In this document: piece after piece, positions 34,601-36,968 of the stretch | How positions within the stretch are numbered: the first letter of the stretch is position 1 | How the letters are laid out: each line of letters starts with the position of its first letter | Program-made: the position numbers and the translations under genes | Origin: a virus | Lineage: Duplodnaviria; Caudoviricetes | Virus record (IMG/VR): IMGVR_UViG_3300017565_000341 | Location: 1 to 36,968 of that record | Direction: 5' to 3' (one strand) | DNA: 36,968 nucleotides | Notes under the pieces: model-generated | Seen by the model: the letters and a program-made list of their open reading frames with translations, nothing else | Database searches by the model: none | What the model was told of the DNA's origin: nothing

Positions 34601-34894
34601 TTAGCGGCCGGCAGGTTGGCTAATGCGACGGCCTTCGCGGATCCGTGCAGCGTCGCGGATCTGCAGCGTCTCGATCTGATCCTGGATCTGCTCCAGGAAG
34701 CCGAGCCGCTGTTGATGGCTGAGCGTGGCCAGAGAGCCGGTGGCGTGATCGAGCGCGCGGGCGGCCTTGCCGATCGTGTTCGCGTCAGAGCGTGCCGGTC
34801 CGTACAGCTTGCAAGCGGCGACGAAGGCCTGGACCGCTGGCGAAAGAGTGCTGGACCGCCGAGACGGGGCCAAGCGATTGGCTGCAACGATCAT
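34601..34894 (-). CDS. Hypothetical protein, first early gene
   Basis: GGAGG RBS, downstream of the predicted promoter. Confidence 0.6.
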   Translation of the reverse strand: MIVAANRLAPSRRSSTLSPAVQAFVAACKLYGPARSDANTIGKAARALDHATGSLATLSHQQRLGFLEQIQDQIETLQIRDAARIREGRRISQPAGR

Positions 34895-34971
34895 CGTGAC
34901 ATCCTCCCGAGCAGCGAGAGGGCGGGCCAGCGCGGCCCAAGAAGTCCCCCTCGCTTAGTGCGTCAGGGGAG

Positions 34972-35025
34972 ATTGTTTGGCAAACCAAACACCCCGTCAA
35001 TACCGGGTGTTTGGAAAAACGAACA
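34972..35025 (-). promoter_or_regulatory. Early promoter with two 18-bp operators
   Basis: -35 TTGACG (35000-34995), 17-nt spacer, -10 AACAAT. Operators TGTTTGG-CAAA-CCAAACA (34974-34991) and TGTTTGG-AAAA-ACGAACA (35008-35025). Confidence 0.7.
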
Positions 35026-35035
35026 TTTTCAGCGA

Positions 35036-35587
35036 CTACGGAGTTCGGATTCGTTTAGCGATTTTGAGCCCACGCTCGACGGCTTTTCGGTACTTTTCAA
35101 CGTCCAAGTCGATGGTTACTGGCTCGTGATGCAGCAATTTTGTAAGAGGCAGTTCGAAGGTTGCGTCAAAATCCACGTACTCCCCTATGTGCCGGTCCTT
35201 GTGGATTCGCGGGATCTCCACGCTCAGGCTGAGTGTGTGCTTTCCCCGCCCTTGTATCGATGCGCCGTAAACTCGGAGCACATCGACGATCTTGGTCCGC
35301 CCCTTCAAGTAGACGGCTAGGATCGTACCTTCGCCTTCGGCAAACGCGAGCCACCTATTCTCCTCGGCCACCAAATCGACACCGAACTGCTGGCACCTTT
35401 CCGCATGTGCAATTGCTGCCGACACGTCGCCGCGCGACATCTTCTTAGTCACAGCAACGCCTAAGCTCTTAGCGTGACTACACTGCCGACTCGACGGTGG
35501 TACAAAATTACGACGTGGGCGCAAGAAGCGAAACGGAATAAGCATCACCCAAAAGGCGACGCGCAGGAGCTTTCGCAGGAGGCTCAC
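35036..35587 (-). CDS. Membrane-anchored hypothetical protein
   Basis: N-terminal hydrophobic/basic segment; GTGA-coupled to the HTH gene. Confidence 0.65.
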   Translation of the reverse strand: MSLLRKLLRVAFWVMLIPFRFLRPRRNFVPPSSRQCSHAKSLGVAVTKKMSRGDVSAAIAHAERCQQFGVDLVAEENRWLAFAEGEGTILAVYLKGRTKIVDVLRVYGASIQGRGKHTLSLSVEIPRIHKDRHIGEYVDFDATFELPLTKLLHHEPVTIDLDVEKYRKAVERGLKIAKRIRTP

Positions 35588-35823
35588 TCGTTGGGCAGGA
35601 ATTCGATTCTGCGGTTGATCGCGTGAGCCACACGTGCAACGACCTCGAACTGTGGGGCGTGAGGATAGTTGCCGGAAAGCAATTGCGAAAGTTGTCCGCG
35701 ACGCACGCCCGCACGCGCAGCAAGCGACGTGACCGACTCACCTGTTTGCTCAAGGTGGTCTGTAACCAAACCCATGAGTTGCTGTAGTTCGTCTTGAGAG
35801 ACCGTAGTTGGCATTTCGATCAT
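35584..35823 (-). CDS. XRE-family HTH repressor
   Basis: SVTSLAARAGVRRGQLSQLLSG...PQFEVVARVAHAI; no peptidase domain. Confidence 0.75.
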   Translation of the reverse strand: MIEMPTTVSQDELQQLMGLVTDHLEQTGESVTSLAARAGVRRGQLSQLLSGNYPHAPQFEVVARVAHAINRRIEFLPNE

Positions 35824-35873
35824 GCCTCCATGATAAATGGAGCGTTCAAGTTTGGAAGGGAATCGACCCGATG

Positions 35874-36836
35874 TCATTCATCGGCAGCCAGTTCCTTCTG
35901 GATGTGAGCGATACGTGTTTTGGCGCGGCTGCGCGTGCCGATGCGAGTCTTAGCAATGTCCTGTGACCGCTGGTCAAGACGTTCCATCGGCACGCTGACC
36001 TCTTTGCCATCGAGCCGGACCAGGCTAATGACGCCATCGGCGTAACCGATGACCGCGGCCTCAGTCGTGTGCTTGCCATCGGCGGAAACAAGCTTGTCAG
36101 GCTTCTGGTTGGACAGGGCGGCTTCGAGCTTCACCAGTTCCTCACGCATGGTGTTCCGTTTGGCTACGCCCTGGATCTGATCCCACGCCTGCTCGGCCTT
36201 GGCCCATTCGCTGTCGCTGATCGCCCGCAATACCCAGCCGGATCGTCCCGCGCCGAAGATGGTCGTGTACTGAGCGGTGTCGGTGACGTAGACCAGCCCG
36301 GGCACAATGCTGTTACCCGTCACAAGGCCGCGCGAGCTGACACCGGTCAGAAAGGCCGTGGTGCCATCGGCCAGCAGCAACTGAATGCCCAAGCTGGTGC
36401 CCACTGACTGCACCTCGGCACCTTCAAAGAGATAGCCAACGCCATCGACAGCGATGTCCTCAGCTCGCGACCGGAGGGAGTTCTCCGGGGTGCCTTTGCG
36501 GTCGCGGCAGGCAGCGACGGCTTTGATCAGTGAGGCTTCCGGCAGCGATGCATAGTCGATTTCTTCTGCGTCGAGCTCCGGCCGCGGCGGCGTGACAACT
36601 GCCGGCTCGGTGGCGGCATCTAGGGGCGTGCCTGACTCGGCTTCAGAGCTGGCTGCCACGCGTTCCGGATCAGGTTCAGCCGGCACACTCGGGGCAGGGA
36701 GCACTGGTGCAGGCGTACCGGGAGCGGAAGCGACATCCGGCGTCCCGCTTGGCAGGCTCGCCACAAGGCCACAAATAGCGATTAAAGCGATCAGCACAAC
36801 TGTGCTGGCGATACCCAGCTTAAATAGGGCCTTCAA
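35874..36836 (-). CDS. Membrane-anchored protein with SHD1-like domain
   Basis: N-terminal TM, Pro-rich linker, C-terminal SADGKHTTEA...VISLVRLDGKEVSVPMERLDQRSQ. Confidence 0.7.
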   Translation of the reverse strand: MKALFKLGIASTVVLIALIAICGLVASLPSGTPDVASAPGTPAPVLPAPSVPAEPDPERVAASSEAESGTPLDAATEPAVVTPPRPELDAEEIDYASLPEASLIKAVAACRDRKGTPENSLRSRAEDIAVDGVGYLFEGAEVQSVGTSLGIQLLLADGTTAFLTGVSSRGLVTGNSIVPGLVYVTDTAQYTTIFGAGRSGWVLRAISDSEWAKAEQAWDQIQGVAKRNTMREELVKLEAALSNQKPDKLVSADGKHTTEAAVIGYADGVISLVRLDGKEVSVPMERLDQRSQDIAKTRIGTRSRAKTRIAHIQKELAADE

Positions 36837-36899
36837 CGCTCAAGGCTCCCGATAAATCAAATTGTGCAGGCTATCCTTGCCGAAGAACGAGGTACCCAA

Positions 36900-36954
36900 T
36901 ACCGGAGGTGGGACTTGAACCCACACAGCCTTGCGGCTACTGGATTTTGAATCC
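36900..36954 (-). repeat. att core, right copy (within the intact tRNA)
   Basis: Identical to 2587-2641. Confidence 0.95.
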
Positions 36955-36968
36955 AGCGCGTCTGCCAT
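36900..36968 (-). tRNA. tRNA-Leu(CAA), 5' end beyond the window
   Basis: Anticodon arm CTGGA-TTCAAAA-TCCAG, long variable arm AGCCGCAAGGCT, T arm GTGGGTTCAAGTCCCAC; CCA not encoded. Confidence 0.92.

Larger units (their letters stand above)
2587..36954. mobile_element. Integrated temperate prophage (siphovirus-like, lambda-type head genes) in tRNA-Leu(CAA)
   Basis: att direct repeats, adjacent integrase, terminase, portal, protease, capsid, tail tube, tape measure, replication and repressor modules. Confidence 0.95.

Overview
The window is almost entirely one apparently complete temperate prophage of about 34.4 kb (2587-36954). It is integrated in the 3' half of a tRNA-Leu(CAA) gene and bounded by an exact 55-bp direct repeat (2587-2641 and 36900-36954). 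The host is probably a planctomycete, inferred from the GspF/PilC-like pair at left, an SHD1-like protein, CsrA and a REP-like 25-mer. Left to right: integrase (+); a cos-like site; a long minus-strand late region; a plus-strand accessory cluster; a truncated DNA methyltransferase joined to an S8 protease fragment; then a minus-strand early region and an HTH repressor cassette next to the tRNA. The late region holds a glycosyltransferase, a Ser-rich protein, a permuted NlpC/P60, tape measure, a NucA-like nuclease, tail chaperones, tail tube, capsid, S49 protease, lambda-type portal, GpA-type terminase, a holin-like protein and a trypsin-like protease. The early region holds an iteron-containing replication initiator, a 5'-3' exonuclease, a second tyrosine recombinase and CsrA. 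The most striking signal is that the phage encodes its own CsrA, and many late-gene ribosome-binding sites lie in ANGGAN-hexaloop hairpins, the canonical CsrA/RsmA target. This suggests a translational layer of phage gene control. All protein calls come from motif recognition by eye; no database searches were run.
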